Assembly: GCA_964016885.1 (NCBI GenBank)
Contig: OZ024740.1
Span: 250,356,001 to 250,420,000, forward strand
Reading direction: 5' to 3'
Length of the DNA: 64,000 bases
Origin: Eledone cirrhosa
Lineage: Eukaryota
The position numbers were made by a program, and so were the translations under genes. A model generated the notes under the pieces. That model made no database searches. It was not told the origin of the DNA and saw only the letters and a list, made by a program, of their open reading frames with translations. Position 1 is the first letter of the stretch. Each line of letters starts with the position of its first letter. Of this stretch, positions 11,286-24,894 are shown in pieces.

Positions 11286-13582
11286 TTCTTTGAGTCTCAG
11301 TCATTGATGTTAGTTAACTGGAAAGTTTGTTGAAATGAATATCAAGGCTCTACCTGCAGCCTCAGATATTCAGGACGTATCGGAGGGTTCTTGCTGTTTC
11401 CAGCAAGCATGCCTTTTGAAGCGTTCCAAAAAGGGTGGCGGGGCTAATTTTTTTTAACCATCCCTGGAAACTTTTTGAGATAGTACCTAGTGCGCCTATG
11501 ACAATCGGGACCACATTGACTTCATGGCAGTTCCAAATCCTTTTTACCTCCCACTTTAAGTCCTGGTATCGGTTAATTTTCTCCCTCTCCTTCTCTTGCA
11601 CTCTCGTGTCGAATGGGCAGGCCACATCCACAATCAGGCACGATCTTTTTTCCTGGTCCAAAACCACCAGGTCAGGTCTATTGTGTTCCTGTTTCTTATC
11701 CGTCTGTATCCTAAAATCCCACAGCACCTTCACCTGATCGTTTTCTATCACCGACTCTGGCTTATGCTCATACCACTTCTCAGAATGTGGTAAATTGATT
11801 ACTTTGCATAGGTGCCGGTGGATCACCCTGCCCATCACATCATGTCTCCAGCCTTTATAGTGAGTCTGGGCTAGGTGTTTACACTCGGATACAATGTGCG
11901 CCACAGTCGCCTCTCTCTCTCCACAGATCCTGCACAGTAGGCTAGCCTCCTTGTAAATATGGTGTTTCAACCACTTCGTTTTGAGGGCCTGCTCTTGCGC
12001 AGCCATTAGCATTCCTTCTGTAGCCTTTTTAAGGTCTCCTCTTTTCAACCAGTTCCATGTCTGTGGATCTCTGAATTCAGTTTTCTCAAAGAAGGTACTA
12101 TGAAAGGATTTTTCACGAAGGCTGCTCTTTCTCCTTGATGTTATTTCCTCCTGGGACATCCCCTGGTCTATTGTCCTCTCCTTCAGTACAATTCTGAGCA
12201 TTGGCTCCTTACTATCAGTCACGTATTTATGTAGGTTGTTTTTCTCTATCTGAACACAGTCCTCTATGCTGATAAGACCTCTTCGACCTTCAGATCTCCT
12301 TAAGTAGAGTCTATCGACATCACTCCTCTTGTGGAACATGTAGATAGTCAATAGCTTCCTAGTCTTTCTATCCATTTCTTTTTGTTCAGCAACATTCCAT
12401 CTCAGAATTTCCGCACTGTACCTGATAATAGACACAGCTCGGAAATTTACTGAACTTATGGCATTCCTACTGTTCAGATGTGGCTTTAATACGCTCCTTA
12501 CTTTCCAAATGTATTCAGATCTTATCAATTCCTTCATTTTTTTGTTCTTGATGTCATCAGCCTCCAGAACACCCAAATACTTGTATCCTTCTTCAGTGTC
12601 AATTTCCTTTATCATCTCACCTGTTGGTACCTGGATTCCGTTGCTTCTGCTCAATTTACCCCCCTTCATCACACGGACTCCACACTTACTAATACCAAAT
12701 TGCATACATATATCATTGCTGAAAATATGGACAGTGTCAACAAGCACATCCAACTTCTCACACTTCCCGAAGAGCTTAAGATCGTCCATGAAGAGGAGGT
12801 GATTGATGGTAAGCTCTCCTTTTCCCAACTTGTATCCTGCTCTCACTTTTTGCAATAAAATGGTCAGGGGTATCAGGGCAAAGACAAACAGCAGAGGGGC
12901 CAAACTATCTCCCTGGAAGATACCTCTCTGGATCTTCACACCTCCCAAGGATTCTCCACCGAATGTTAACTCTGTTTCCCAGGACTTCATACTTTTGCTC
13001 AACAACTGTCTGATGATATCTGCCACCTTGAAGATCTCTACTAGGCTTTTGGTTATCCAAGAATGAGGTACCATGTCAAATGCCTTTTTGTAATCTATCC
13101 ATCCCATGGCAAGACCAGTGTGTCTCCTCTTGCAACTCCTCATTACGTTTGTACCACGGGACTTCTTTCGACATCCTTTTTGTTCGTCCGGTAACAAGTT
13201 GTTTATGTGGAGGTGATGGTAGATTTTCTCAGACACAATGCTTGTTAACAGTTTCCACATTACAGACAGACATGTGATAGGTCTATAGTTGGTAACATCA
13301 TTACCCTTGATTTGGTCTTTCATTACCAGAACTGTGGTACCTTTTGTCAAACACTCTGGTACCTCACCTGACATCAAGCAGTAATTGAACATGGTTGTCA
13401 GTTTCGGGTGGAGGGATGTTATATTTTTAATCCAATACCCCTGCACACCATCTGGGCCTGGTGATTTCCAGTTGGTTAGCCTTTTTGCCTGTCCCTTAAG
13501 AGTTTCAACTGTGATACTCAAATCAGTTTGTTGGTGTGCCTGTTCACTAATCTCCTTTGGAAGGAAGGAGATTAGTGAACAG
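11286..13582 (-). mobile_element. 5'-truncated R4/Dong-like non-LTR element (family A)
   Basis: RT plus C-terminal restriction-like endonuclease; 3' end abuts (TAA)n on its own sense strand. Confidence 0.9.
11362..13521 (-). CDS. RT and restriction-like endonuclease polyprotein (partial, 719 aa)
   Basis: WKSPGPDG, YRPITCL, IDYKKAFD, QGDSL, LFMDDL, CRIC..H..C, RHD, PDLVV..IVDV, KINRYQDL, IVIGALG. Confidence 0.9.
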   Translation of the reverse strand: MSITVETLKGQAKRLTNWKSPGPDGVQGYWIKNITSLHPKLTTMFNYCLMSGEVPECLTKGTTVLVMKDQIKGNDVTNYRPITCLSVMWKLLTSIVSEKIYHHLHINNLLPDEQKGCRKKSRGTNVMRSCKRRHTGLAMGWIDYKKAFDMVPHSWITKSLVEIFKVADIIRQLLSKSMKSWETELTFGGESLGGVKIQRGIFQGDSLAPLLFVFALIPLTILLQKVRAGYKLGKGELTINHLLFMDDLKLFGKCEKLDVLVDTVHIFSNDICMQFGISKCGVRVMKGGKLSRSNGIQVPTGEMIKEIDTEEGYKYLGVLEADDIKNKKMKELIRSEYIWKVRSVLKPHLNSRNAISSVNFRAVSIIRYSAEILRWNVAEQKEMDRKTRKLLTIYMFHKRSDVDRLYLRRSEGRRGLISIEDCVQIEKNNLHKYVTDSKEPMLRIVLKERTIDQGMSQEEITSRRKSSLREKSFHSTFFEKTEFRDPQTWNWLKRGDLKKATEGMLMAAQEQALKTKWLKHHIYKEASLLCRICGEREATVAHIVSECKHLAQTHYKGWRHDVMGRVIHRHLCKVINLPHSEKWYEHKPESVIENDQVKVLWDFRIQTDKKQEHNRPDLVVLDQEKRSCLIVDVACPFDTRVQEKEREKINRYQDLKWEVKRIWNCHEVNVVPIVIGALGTISKSFQGWLKKISPATLFGTLQKACLLETARTLRYVLNI

Positions 13583-13607
13583 CACCTTATTATTATTATT
13601 ATTATTA

Positions 13608-13989
13608 CAGTTGCATTTATCTTGCTTTATGTTCATACGAGTTATCACCAAGTCACAACCAGTGACCTCAAGAGACAACAAGGTCCGCCATGTTCAAGAA
13701 AGAACATACATACTCACACATGCATCTTTAGTGTTTAGACTTGTGATGTACTTATATTGACAGAATCTTCCTTAGTATATGGGCAGTTCCCATTAGTACT
13801 ATTTTTTGTATTTCTCCTATACGCGGGTTTCCTGGGATTTGCGATAAGTAATCATTAGACCCCTTAGGTATCATTCCCAGAGCGCCTACAACCACTGGTA
13901 TTGTTTTAGTTCTCAATTTCCACATTTTTCCAATTTCTATCTCCAGGTCCATATACTTGCTCAATTTTTCAAATGTTTTTATAGATACA
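13608..13989 (-). mobile_element. 3' fragment of a second R4/Dong-like family (family B)
   Basis: ORF 13752-13964 KYMDLEIE..PVVVGALG..GTAHILRKILSI is homologous to the RLE C-terminus; different 3' UTR; flanked by (TTA)n and (TTC)n(TTA)n. Confidence 0.8.
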
Positions 13990-14036
13990 TTCTTCTTCTT
14001 CTTCTTCTTCTTCTTCTTATTATTATTATTATTATT

Positions 14037-17000
14037 GGCGACCTACATTGGAAATCGTATCAGCGTGAGCTCCGCAAAGGTTTGTTGTTTTCGTTTGTTT
14101 AAAATTGCCATTTATGGAAAATTTTTGTTGTTAACTATTTATAAGATCACAAAATTTGCTTTCGGAAAAGGGCACTCAAAAAGATTGGGGCCTTGAGCCC
14201 AAAATTTAAACTTTTATAATTATCAAACAAAAACATTTCTTTGAAAAATCATGGACGACTCACAGCCACACCTTCCTCACAAACTAACACCTCACACCGA
14301 CACCACCATTGTATATATTACTACGTTTGCCAACACTAAAAATATAAACAGTAGCAATAATTTAAATTTGTCTCATGCAGACATTCATTTCCCGCCATTA
14401 CCAATGTTGAAGGTGTTAAAGCCGCCACCCCCACCACCACCACAGCGACAACAGAAGCAAAAGAAAAAATAAATTAACTCGTGACATCGAAATGGATTCA
14501 CCCAGAATGGACTCTTCCACACTGATCACCACTGACGCCGCCACCACCACCACAATTGAAACTAAAAATAACAATAACAAAAATAACGATAACAACAACA
14601 GCAACAACAACAATGAGAATAAGAAAACCACCCTGTCTTTTTGCCAGAGCAGCAAAAAAGTGCGAAGCAATCCAGGTAACTCAGGAGGAATTAGATGAAG
14701 CCAAGAGAATGGTAAAGAAAGATGGGTACAGGGTCAGCCTCACCTCCCACCTAATAAAATTGAGTATCGGCACCTATGCACCGTGTCTTATCGGACGATT
14801 AACATAAAATCGCGCCGAGTCGAACGGGCATCCGAGTCCCAAATCCAAAAAGCTTTGAGACATGTGTGGGCAAAAAAACCTACATCAGACGTGGGCAGAA
14901 ATATGGAACCGTGGACGTGTTCTTTGGAACACCACAGGAGGCCAGAGAACACTCCATGGCCCCTTTAAGTGACGACTTCACACTCGTCCCAAGCTATTGT
15001 GGCCAGAGTCTAGTGAAGATCAGGGTGACCCACGTTCCACCGGCCATCGAAATTCCCTGGCTAATGGCTGCCGTCCTCGCCGGCATCGAGGCCAACACCA
15101 AGATAATCGAAATAGCGAAAGGAAAGCAGGAGAACTGGTCCGGATCTGGGGTGGAGCTCCTGATCCAAGGGGACCAAAAAAGCATTGAGGAGATCCCAGA
15201 GACAGCAGCCACCTCACCGTAATCGTCGAGGGCAGAAAGCCTAGGTGTGTCGTTTGTTGTGAAGGAACCCACCTAAGGGCTTTCTGCCCTCAGGCTGAAA
15301 GGTTGAGGCCACCTCTCTTACCCACCCCAGTGACTCAACCATCAACACCACCAGCAGCAGAAATGGCAGCAACAACAGAAGCAACTGTAGCAGCAACAAC
15401 CCCAGCAACAGTAGCAAAAACCAACACCACCACCACCCAACGCGCCAGAACTAGCACCAGCGCCTACACCATCCACCACGCCACAACCAAAATCAATGCC
15501 TGTGGAGGATTTTCCACTCCCCGACCTATCGCAACTGGAGACAGATTGTGACGACGAGGAGTGGGAAACGGTATCAGAAAAAAAAGAAAAAGAAAAAAAG
15601 AAAAAGAAACCAAAAAAGAAAAAATCCCCTTCCTTCCTCCTCCAAAAACAAAACACAGAGGGAAACAAATAAACTATCAAACAAAAAAGTTAGGACAGCT
15701 ATGCCACCATCCACACCAGCAGCATCAGCTCCATCACCACAAACACCAACACCATCACCATCATTAACTCCAAAACCACCATCACCAACACCACAAAATT
15801 ACCAAAAAGCGAAACAGAAACAAACCCACAACAAACGCAAACAAAACAAAACAACCAAAACGATACACACTAGACAGCATTAAATTTGAACAACAACCAA
15901 TTATTACACTATGTCCAACACAACACCAGCATCACAGAAAAAGACTACACAACAACCCAAAAGTTCACACCACCTCCACACATACAAATCACTCGCATCA
16001 CATAGAAAACGTACACGACACTAAAACAAAAATTACCCCAAAGACATCGGAGGCTTCCGAAAAGCACTCTCCAGGAGGATTTATAAGGACATCCTTCCGG
16101 AGGAGGCCACAAGCAGTGAAAAGGATGGAGAAACCGTCCTTCCTCTACGAGAAGTAAGGTAAGTGGTCTTTCCCACCTTTTCCACTGCATTTCAACATGA
16201 CCTCACTCAGAATAGGCAGCATAAATGTGCGTGGCTTGGGGTCGTCATAGAAGCAGGGCCACCTGCTCAACGACCTCAGGTCACTAAACATAGGTGTAGT
16301 GGCCATCAGCGAGACCAGAATCTCCAAAGTACGGGCCTTCGCACCGATCTTCGGCGACTACGATGTGTACGCATCTCTCAGCCGTCCTGGATCGGGGGAG
16401 GAGTTGCTGTGCTTTTTAGGAGAGGTTTGGATCTCGCCATACGGGCCATCTTCCTGGACCCAGAAGGTAAGTTGGTGGTGCTGGACGTGACCAGCGGAGA
16501 TGGGCAAGCTTTCAGGCTAGTGGCCATCTATGCCCCGACAGGAGCAGGGCGGCCTGATTTCTTCCGGCGTCTGGAACGGGGTGACTGGAACGGGATCTTA
16601 GATACACGCTGGAACTGTGTGACAGGTACCGATTGGATTTTCCGAATGTGCCAATGTGGACTTGGACAAACCGCATAGGGTCATCCAGATCATATCTAGA
16701 TAGAGTATTTTGTAGGGAAATAGATAGGTCTAGCATAGGCTGTCCACAATTCAAGATAGTCAGCTACACGGACCACAAATTCGTGATCTGTGTGCTTGAC
16801 TTAGATAGGCTTCATAGACGAGGACCCGGCTATTGGAAGCTAAACGCATCCTTACCAGCGCGCAAGGCCTACAGAGACTGGTTTAGCGAACTAGTTAAGC
16901 GGGCGTTGACGGGGGCCATCGTCAACAACAAGTGGTGGTTTGCTCTGAAAAGAGTAATTAGAATAGAGTCCATTAGGTTTAGTAAGGCTTTAGCAATAGA

Positions 17001-19399
17001 GAAAAATAGAGCAGAGGGAGAATTAGTTAGAAAATTAGACGAGGCGCTTAGCAAAGGCATTGCGTATGACGTACTTGCGGCGAAATTGGCCCTTGACCAA
17101 TTCTTCAATGCAAAGCACGAAGGCTGCGTTGTCAGAGCTAGGGTGCGTGCTCTTAGACACGAGGGGACGAAAGCCTTACGAAAGTTCAATGCGCTCGAGT
17201 GGCGGAGGTGCGTCGTGGCAACAAAGCCACGATCCGATCTTTGGTGGACCACGACGGGCGCATGCTACTCGATCCCGGGCAAATGTGTGAAGCTTTTCAG
17301 CGACACTTCGCTCAGCTGTTCGGGAGCAGCGGCGGGCCGGGTCGAGGGATGGACTTAAGTGACTACCTCGATGGACTGCCGCGGCTCTCGGCCACTGAGG
17401 CGGAGTGTTGCGAAAAGCCGATAACAGCCGCTGAAGTATGGGAGGCAATGACTGGCTGCACAAGGGGTAAATCACCTGGTTTGGATGGTCTGCCCTATGA
17501 ACTTTATGTACAGATGCCAGACTTGTTCGGAGGCCTCTTGGCGGACGTCTACTGCAACTGGCAACAGAACGGGAGAATTCTCAGCTCTGTGAGCCGAGGA
17601 GCGGTGGTGCTGCTGAGAAAGGATCCGAACAAAGAGGATAACATAGATAATTTCAGGCCCATAACTCTGCTAAACACAGAGTTCAAGATTTTGGCCAAGG
17701 AGCTAGCAAAGAGGTTGGCGCTTGTCGTTGGTGGTCTAGTGGGAGAGGCGCAGACATGCGTCATTCCCGACAGATCCATCCACGACAACCCCCACCTCAT
17801 GCGATACATCGTAGAGAGGGTGGCTAGGGAACCTGGCACGGGTGGGTCCTTGATCAATTTAGATCGCACTACACTAAGAGAATACGAAGCGGTGACAGGA
17901 GCAATGATCAACCAGGAAAAGTCAGTGGGCCTGCAGCTCGGCACCTGGAGAGGCAGGTCCATGCCGTCCAACAGCGTCGTCGGGCGCTGGACAGACGGAC
18001 CGGTTAAATTGCTAGGGGTCTGGTTCGGTCCGGACCTCAAGACGGACAAAAACTGGGACGAGGTGACGAGCAGGGTGGCTTCTCTCACCCAGAAATGGGC
18101 CGAGAGGAAGCTATCCCTGAAAGGTCGAGCGGAGGTGGCTAACGCGTACATCGCGTCCGTCATCTACTACCGCCTGACCGTCGTACCTTGTCCTAAGCCC
18201 CGCCTGACTGCGCTGGAGCGTTTGCTCTTTCGCTTTTTGTGGAAGGGGCGCGCTCCGATGGTCAGGCGGTCCATCTGCTGTCAACACCCGCTACGCTGGG
18301 TATGCCGTGGCTGATGATGCGCAGACACGCGCTCAGGCTACGACATCTCCACCTCTTCCTCGACGGTGATCAGGTGTGGTCGCCGTTTGCTAGACACATG
18401 TTTCCCCAGCTTGTCTCCTTGGCAGAGCTGCAGTCCTGGGTCAAACGAAGACCGAGAGGGAGCGCTTGGAGACTGGAATATCTTCAGGCGCTTACAGCCT
18501 CCGACCAGTTGAGCAATACAATCACTGGAAACTCCACCTTGGCGTTCTATAGAGGATTAGTGGAGGGAAAGAGCAACGACGTCCTTGAGGAGATTCTAGG
18601 CGTTGCTGAAATCCAACTCCCCAATCTCTTCGGAAGAACTTTCGGGCCGGGGTCCATGGACAACTTCCAGAAATCTCTGGCCTGGCAGTGCTACCGAGGA
18701 GCCTTGCTACTTCAGGATAAATTCTCCAGGCATGGAAGTGCCGTCAGTCAGGCCTGTCCGAGATGCGCGCAGGGCAATGAAACCGTCCTGCATGCACTCG
18801 TCCAGTGTCCGAGCATTGCTGACTTGTGGGTTTATGCCGAACACCTGCTGTCACGTGTATCAGCTGAGTCCATCGAAAAAATTGTCCCACCGCCTTCTTT
18901 TAGCCGAGAAGGGCAGGCAGTATTTATCTGCCTGGGGTCCATGGTAAAAGAGATTGTATGGTGGACACGCCTGAAAGGGTTGAAGACGGGTACTTTCCTC
19001 TTCGGTGACACCCTCATTAACTTTTTCATGTTTCATCTGAAGAGGAAAATCAGGGTGGAGAGAGAAGAGATGCCTTCCAGCCAGTTTGTTGAAAGGTGGG
19101 TGAGAGAGGCTAGAATGGCCCGTGTGCCTGTAACATTGTAGGAGGAAAACTGGAAGAGGGAATTTGCCCTAGTGGTCTGGGTAACCATAGCTTTTCTTGT
19201 GGGCTTTCTCCATGAGCAACCCTCGGAAGTCTCCACCCTATTGGGAATTTTTCATTGTTTCCTTTTGCCACACTCTGTTTTTGTTATTTTACATGCAGAA
19301 ATGCCCATTTGTATTGTCATGTGTTGTCCTTAATGTTATACTTTGTGTCAACCCTTGTGGTTAAAAAAGAAAGCATTATTATTATTATTATTATTATTA
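14037..19399 (+). mobile_element. Full-length Tx1-like F1 copy, decayed
   Basis: Same GGCGACCTAC 5' start as 47127 and 52858; ORF1 about 14251-16162; ORF2 from 16197 with stops and a deletion near 17865 that removes the RT core; ATT tail. Confidence 0.92.
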
Positions 19400-19806
19400 G
19401 GTCGGTGGATTAGCAGTATCGGTAGAGGGTCGGACGCCATGCTGTGCAGCACAGTTACGTGCCTTTACGGATTGAGTTCAAATCCCGCCGAGGTTAACTT
19501 TGCTTTTCATCCTTACGGGGTCGATAAAATAAAGTACCAGTAATGCACTGGATAATTGCTGGCCTTGTGCCAAAAGTAGAAACAATTATTATTATTATTA
19601 TTAGGGCGGTGGATTGGCAGTATCGGTAGAGGGTCGGATGCCATGCTTTGACGCATAGAGTTACGGCCCTTGCCATTCTGAGTTCAAACCCCACCGAGGT
19701 TAACTTTGCCTTTCATCCTTACGGGGTCGATAAAATAAAGTACCAGTAATGCACTGGATAATTGCTGGCCTTGTGCCAAAAGTTGAAACAATTATTATTA
19801 TTTATT
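19400..19806 (+). mobile_element. Two tandem full-length SINEs (19400-19602, 19603-19806)
   Basis: Each has an A box, B box, core and ATT tail. Confidence 0.9.
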
Positions 19807-20200
19807 AACTTCTTCAGGTCCCACTTGAAGAGGAAAATCAGGATGAGGAGGGAAGTGCTTACTTCAGAGCAATTTGTTGAAAGGTGGGTGAGAGAAGTGA
19901 GCATGGCTTGAGTGAATAGGCCCACTCTGACTGAGAACCTAGAAATCAGTGCACCCGTGGTTTTATGGGTTTTTTTCTGAGTAACCCTCACACATCTCCT
20001 CTCTATTGAGGAACCTTCTTTGTTTTAATTTTATTCTCATCTTCTTTTTTTTTAACATTGTTAAAATTTGTTTATGCACAAAACCACACATCCACATACA
20101 CACACAGAGACACACACTGTGTCCCATACTGTCATAATGTTTTTTATGCAAACCCTTTGTGGTTAATAAAGAAATCCTTATTATTATTATTATTATTATT
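19807..20200 (+). mobile_element. Short 3' fragment of a Tx1-like LINE
   Basis: Encodes NFFRSHLKRKIRMRREVL..FVERWVRE; ends TTGTGGTTAATAAAGAAATCC(TTA)n. Confidence 0.8.
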
Positions 20201-23200
20201 AATGTTGACAAAAGTGTAAGACATACAAGTCTGGGCAACAAAAAGTTTGTGAATTTAAGTTGTTGGAATTGCTATTATGTAACCTCTTTCATTGATAACA
20301 GGGCATGAAGCACCTGTATTTTCCCCGAGGAAGGGAGACCTTTTAATATTTGGGCCATCGTCCCAAATACTTTTGGGAAACATTTTTTATATAAACACTG
20401 CCCCTACTACCACCATTATGAAGAGTGTTACAACTACCATCACCACATACATCGTCACCGTCGACAATAACAACAACAGCAGTAGTAGCAGCAGCCTGGC
20501 AAGAGGAAGTGAAAGCTACAAAAACATTTTCCTACTTTATTGCCTTAACTACACAAAGTATCGGTCAAAACAAGAAAGAAAAAAAACCAACTATATTGCA
20601 AACACCACCACCACCACCACTACCACAACAACAGCAACAGGGACAAAGTGTAACAGAAACAAATAGGAATAACAACAACAACAGAGGCAACAGAGATGAT
20701 AAGGCCTCAAAAGCGACCATATCTTTCGCAAAGGCGGATAAAATCATGGAATGAGCTTATGACAATGAAGAGGAGATGAGGGAGGCTAAGCTGTTGGTGA
20801 AGATGAGCGGTCATACAGTCAGCCTCTCTCATCCACCCGACATCACGGAGAACAGACATCTTTGTATGGTCTCATACTGCCCAATTAATACGAAATCGCA
20901 CAAGGCAGCACGCGACGAAGTCCCAAAGACTATGGGCGCCGTGAGGGCACATAAAATATACATAGCCCAGGGGACAAAATATCATACTGTGAATGTTCTC
21001 TTTGCCACCTCTCAAGAAGCCAAGACATACTCAATCACACCACTCTGCTGCAAAGAGATCCCCATGGAGCCAACGTATTGTGGGGTTAGAATAACCCAAG
21101 TGCTGCCCTCAATAGCTATTTCTAAGCTTATTGGTGGCTGTCCTCGCCGACAATCCTGAACATGGTAAAAGTAAAGCAAGAAAACTGGACAGGATCAGTG
21201 ATGGAATTGCTGATAAAAAAAAAAACAAGAAAATATAGAGGCCATCCCTAATGTGATAAACCTCGACAGCGGCATCAACCTACTTCTGACCTTCGAGGAT
21301 AGAAAGCCAAGGTCCCTCATCTGTGGGGAGAAAATCCACCTAAAGGCCTGCCCAACACAAACATAGGCAGGGACGAAGCTCCCTCTCCTTCCCATACCAG
21401 ATCACATACTGGGAGCAACAAAGCCGGCTGCAGCCGGCCGCAGTCACAGCAAAAAAAAAAAGCAGTACTAGTATCAACAACGGCAACAACAAAAACGCAC
21501 CTCCACCACAAACTGCAACACCAATTCCTGTAAAAGATCTACCCCTCCTTGATGTCACACAAATGGACATGGATTGTGACGAAGATGAAGTGCGGAAAAC
21601 AATCAGGGAAAAAAAAGACCTCCCCTTCACCCTAAAAAAAAATCGTGAAACAAACAAGAAAAAACTCAAAACTTCAATGCCACCACCACCATCATCATCA
21701 TCATCTGCCCACTGCCATCACCACCAACATCATCACCATCATCATCTCCACCGTCATCACCCTCAACACCTCAAAAAACACCAACAACACCTCAAAAAAC
21801 ACCAACAACAACCCAAACAAAAACAAACCCACATCCGCAACAAGCTCAAATCCAACAAAATGATACAACTGTTATGCACTACACAGCAATAAACATGAAC
21901 AAAAAAATTACTTACCAACATAAAACACAATATTACAGAAAAAAATTACTTAACACCCCAAAAATTTGCATCACCCACACATAAAAATTACACAAATAAA
22001 TAATAAAAAAAAAACTCTTCTCAAGAAAATTTTCCCTGATTTAATTGGAGAATTTCGAGAAATCCCTCTCCACAAAAATATACAAAGACATCCTTGTGGA
22101 GAAGGCCACAACTAGCCAGACAGACGAAGCAACTGTTCCTCCACCAGAACACTAAGGGTAAATTCTCACTTGTTTCCTCCTTTTAAACATAGCCTTGCTC
22201 AGAACACGCAGTATAAATATACATGGTTTGGGGTTGCCTTGGAAGCAGGGTTACCTGTTCAATTACCTCAGGTCACTTAAGATACTTGTGGTGGCCATCA
22301 GTGAGACCAGAACCTCCGAGGTATGAGCCATCATGCCCATATTCAGCGGCTACAATATGTATGCATCTCCAAGCCATCTGAAATATGGAGGCGAAGTAGC
22401 TGTGTTGTTTCAAAGTGGACTGGAACTTGCAGCACAAGCCATTTTCTTAGACACAGAAGGTAGGTTGGTGGTGTTCAGCATGACCAGCAGTGACAGGCAC
22501 ACTTTCAGGCTAGTGGTTGTCTATATCCCGAGAGGAGCAGGGCAGCCTGATTTTTTCCGGAGCCTGGAAATGTTTCTAGCAACGTCTCACTCTTTAGTGT
22601 TAGTGGGTGATTGAAATGGGATCTTGGATGCACACTGACTATATGGGACTAACGGATAGGGGAGGATGGTGTAAAAGCCTTGCAAACCTGCTCAGACGCT
22701 TTCAACAGGTACTGACTGGATTTCCCAAATATGCCAATGTGGACATAAACAAACCACATTGGGTCATCCAGATCATATCTAGATAAGGTATTCTGTAGGG
22801 AAGTTGACAAGCCTAGCATAGACAGTCCACAATTTAAAGTAGACGAATACACAGACCATAAATCTGTGATGTTTGTAATAAATCTAGATAGGCTCCATAG
22901 GCAAGGACCCGGTTACTAGAAGGTGAACGCCACATTCCCAACACGCAATGCCTACAGAGACTGAATTAGAAAATTAGTTAAGCGGGTGTTGACAGGAACA
23001 ATCGTCAACAAGAAATGGTGGCATGCCCTGACAAGTGCGATTAGAGTGGAATCGAGAAGGTCTAGCAAAGCCCTAGCAATAAAAAAAAACTAGAGCAGAG
23101 GAAGAGCTAGTTATCAAAGGCATCGCAGCCGACATTCTTGTGCTGAGATTGGTCCTGGACAATCTTCTTCAATGATAAAGCACAAAGGCTGTATGGTTAG

Positions 23201-24840
23201 AGCTAAGGCGCATGCTCTTAGACATGAGGGGACGAAAACCATTCAATGGGTCTGATTAGCGGAGGCCTGGCGAGGCAACAAACCCACAATCCGATCTTTG
23301 GAACACCATGACAGGCACATGATGTATGCAGCTTTTCAGCAGCAATTGTTTGGGATTTGCAGCGGGCCAGAGCGCAAGATGAATTTAACAGATATCTTGA
23401 AGGTCTGCCGCGGCTGTCGGCGACGGAGGCATATTGTTGTGAAAAGCCAATAACAGCACTGAAATACAGGGGGCATTAGCCGACTGCATGAGGGGCAAAT
23501 CGCCTAGTTTGCATGGTCTGCACTACGAGCTTTATGTTTTAATGCCAGACTTGTTTGGTAACTTCTTGGCATAACTTGAAATTTTGGCCAAGGTAGTCTG
23601 ATAGGGGAACTGCAGATATGTGTTATTCCAAACAGATCCATCCAAACAGATCCTCCATCTCATGCGATACATCATAGAGAGGGTGGCTAAAGAATCTGGC
23701 ACGGGTGGGGCACTGATCTACTTGGATCAGTCCAAAGCATCCAATAGGGTCTACCACCAGTAACTGGCGGCAGTCCTCAAGGCAGTAGGCTTTGGGCCCA
23801 GTTTCAGGGGATGGATCACTGCTATGCACCGTAACATCTGCTCTGTGGTCAGAGCAAGTGGTCACTTCTAGGAAACATTCAACATCATGCGCTTGGTCCG
23901 CCAAGGCTGTCCTCTCTTATCCCTGTTGTATGTATTGACTCTCGAGCCACTACTACACAAATTTGAGATGTGTGGACTAGGAAAAGGAATATCTGTGTCA
24001 GCTTATGCCGATGATGTCAGTCATAGTGTCGAACACCAAACACATTGAAGTGAGTGACACTGCTCTGAGGGAATATGAAGCGCTGATGGGAGCAAAAATC
24101 AACCATGAAGAATCTGTTGGCCAGCAACTCGGAACATTGAGGAGCAGATCCATGCCATCCAATGGCGTTGTCAAATGCTGGACGGACAGGCTGGTTACAT
24201 TGCTTGGGGTCTGGTTCAGTCCTGACCTCCAGATGGACAGAAACTGGGACGAGGAGACAAACAGAGTGTTCAATCTCACCCAGAAACGAGCCGAGAGAAA
24301 GCTGTCCTTAAAAGGTAGGGCAGATGTAGCGAATGCCTTCATCGCATATGTCATCTACTACTGCCTGATCATTGTGCTTTCTCTCAAACTCTGTCTGACT
24401 GCACTGGAGCCTTTGTTCTTCTGTTTCTTGTGGAAGGGACATGTTCTAATGGTCAGGTGATCCATCTGCTGTCAACAATCACTGGGAATGCCGTGGCTAA
24501 TGATGCACAAACATACACTGAGGCTACGATTTCTCTATCTCTTCCTTAACAGTAAACAGGCGTGGTCGCCGTTCACCAGATGCATGTTCTCCCAACTTGT
24601 CTCTTTGATGGAGTTGCAATCCTTGGTTTAGCGGAGACAGAGGGGGAGCGCTTGAAAACTGGAATGTCTTCATATGCTTACAGCCTTCCACCAATCGGGC
24701 ACTACAGTTGGTGGAAACTCCAGCTTGGCATTCTATAGAGGGTTAGTGGTGGATAAAAATGACAACGTTCTTGAGGAAACTCTGGGCATTGACGAAAATC
24801 AACTAAATCTTCTGCAGGACTTTCGGTCCAGAACCTATGT
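20201..24840 (+). mobile_element. Old Tx1-like F4 copy (ORF1 and ORF2, heavily decayed, 3' end missing)
   Basis: Fragments homologous to F1 ORF1 (GHTVSLSHPP..LCMVSY), the endonuclease (FRLVVVY..LVGD) and the post-RT region (LLGVWF, KLSLKGRA). Confidence 0.82.
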
Positions 24841-24894
24841 GATGAAACTATCTTGCACATAATCAGCTTGAGCATTGCTGACTTAAGGGTTTAT

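Noticed and set aside
19400-19500. tRNA gene
   Set aside because: The A and B boxes belong to SINE heads; no cloverleaf, and the sequence continues into the SINE core
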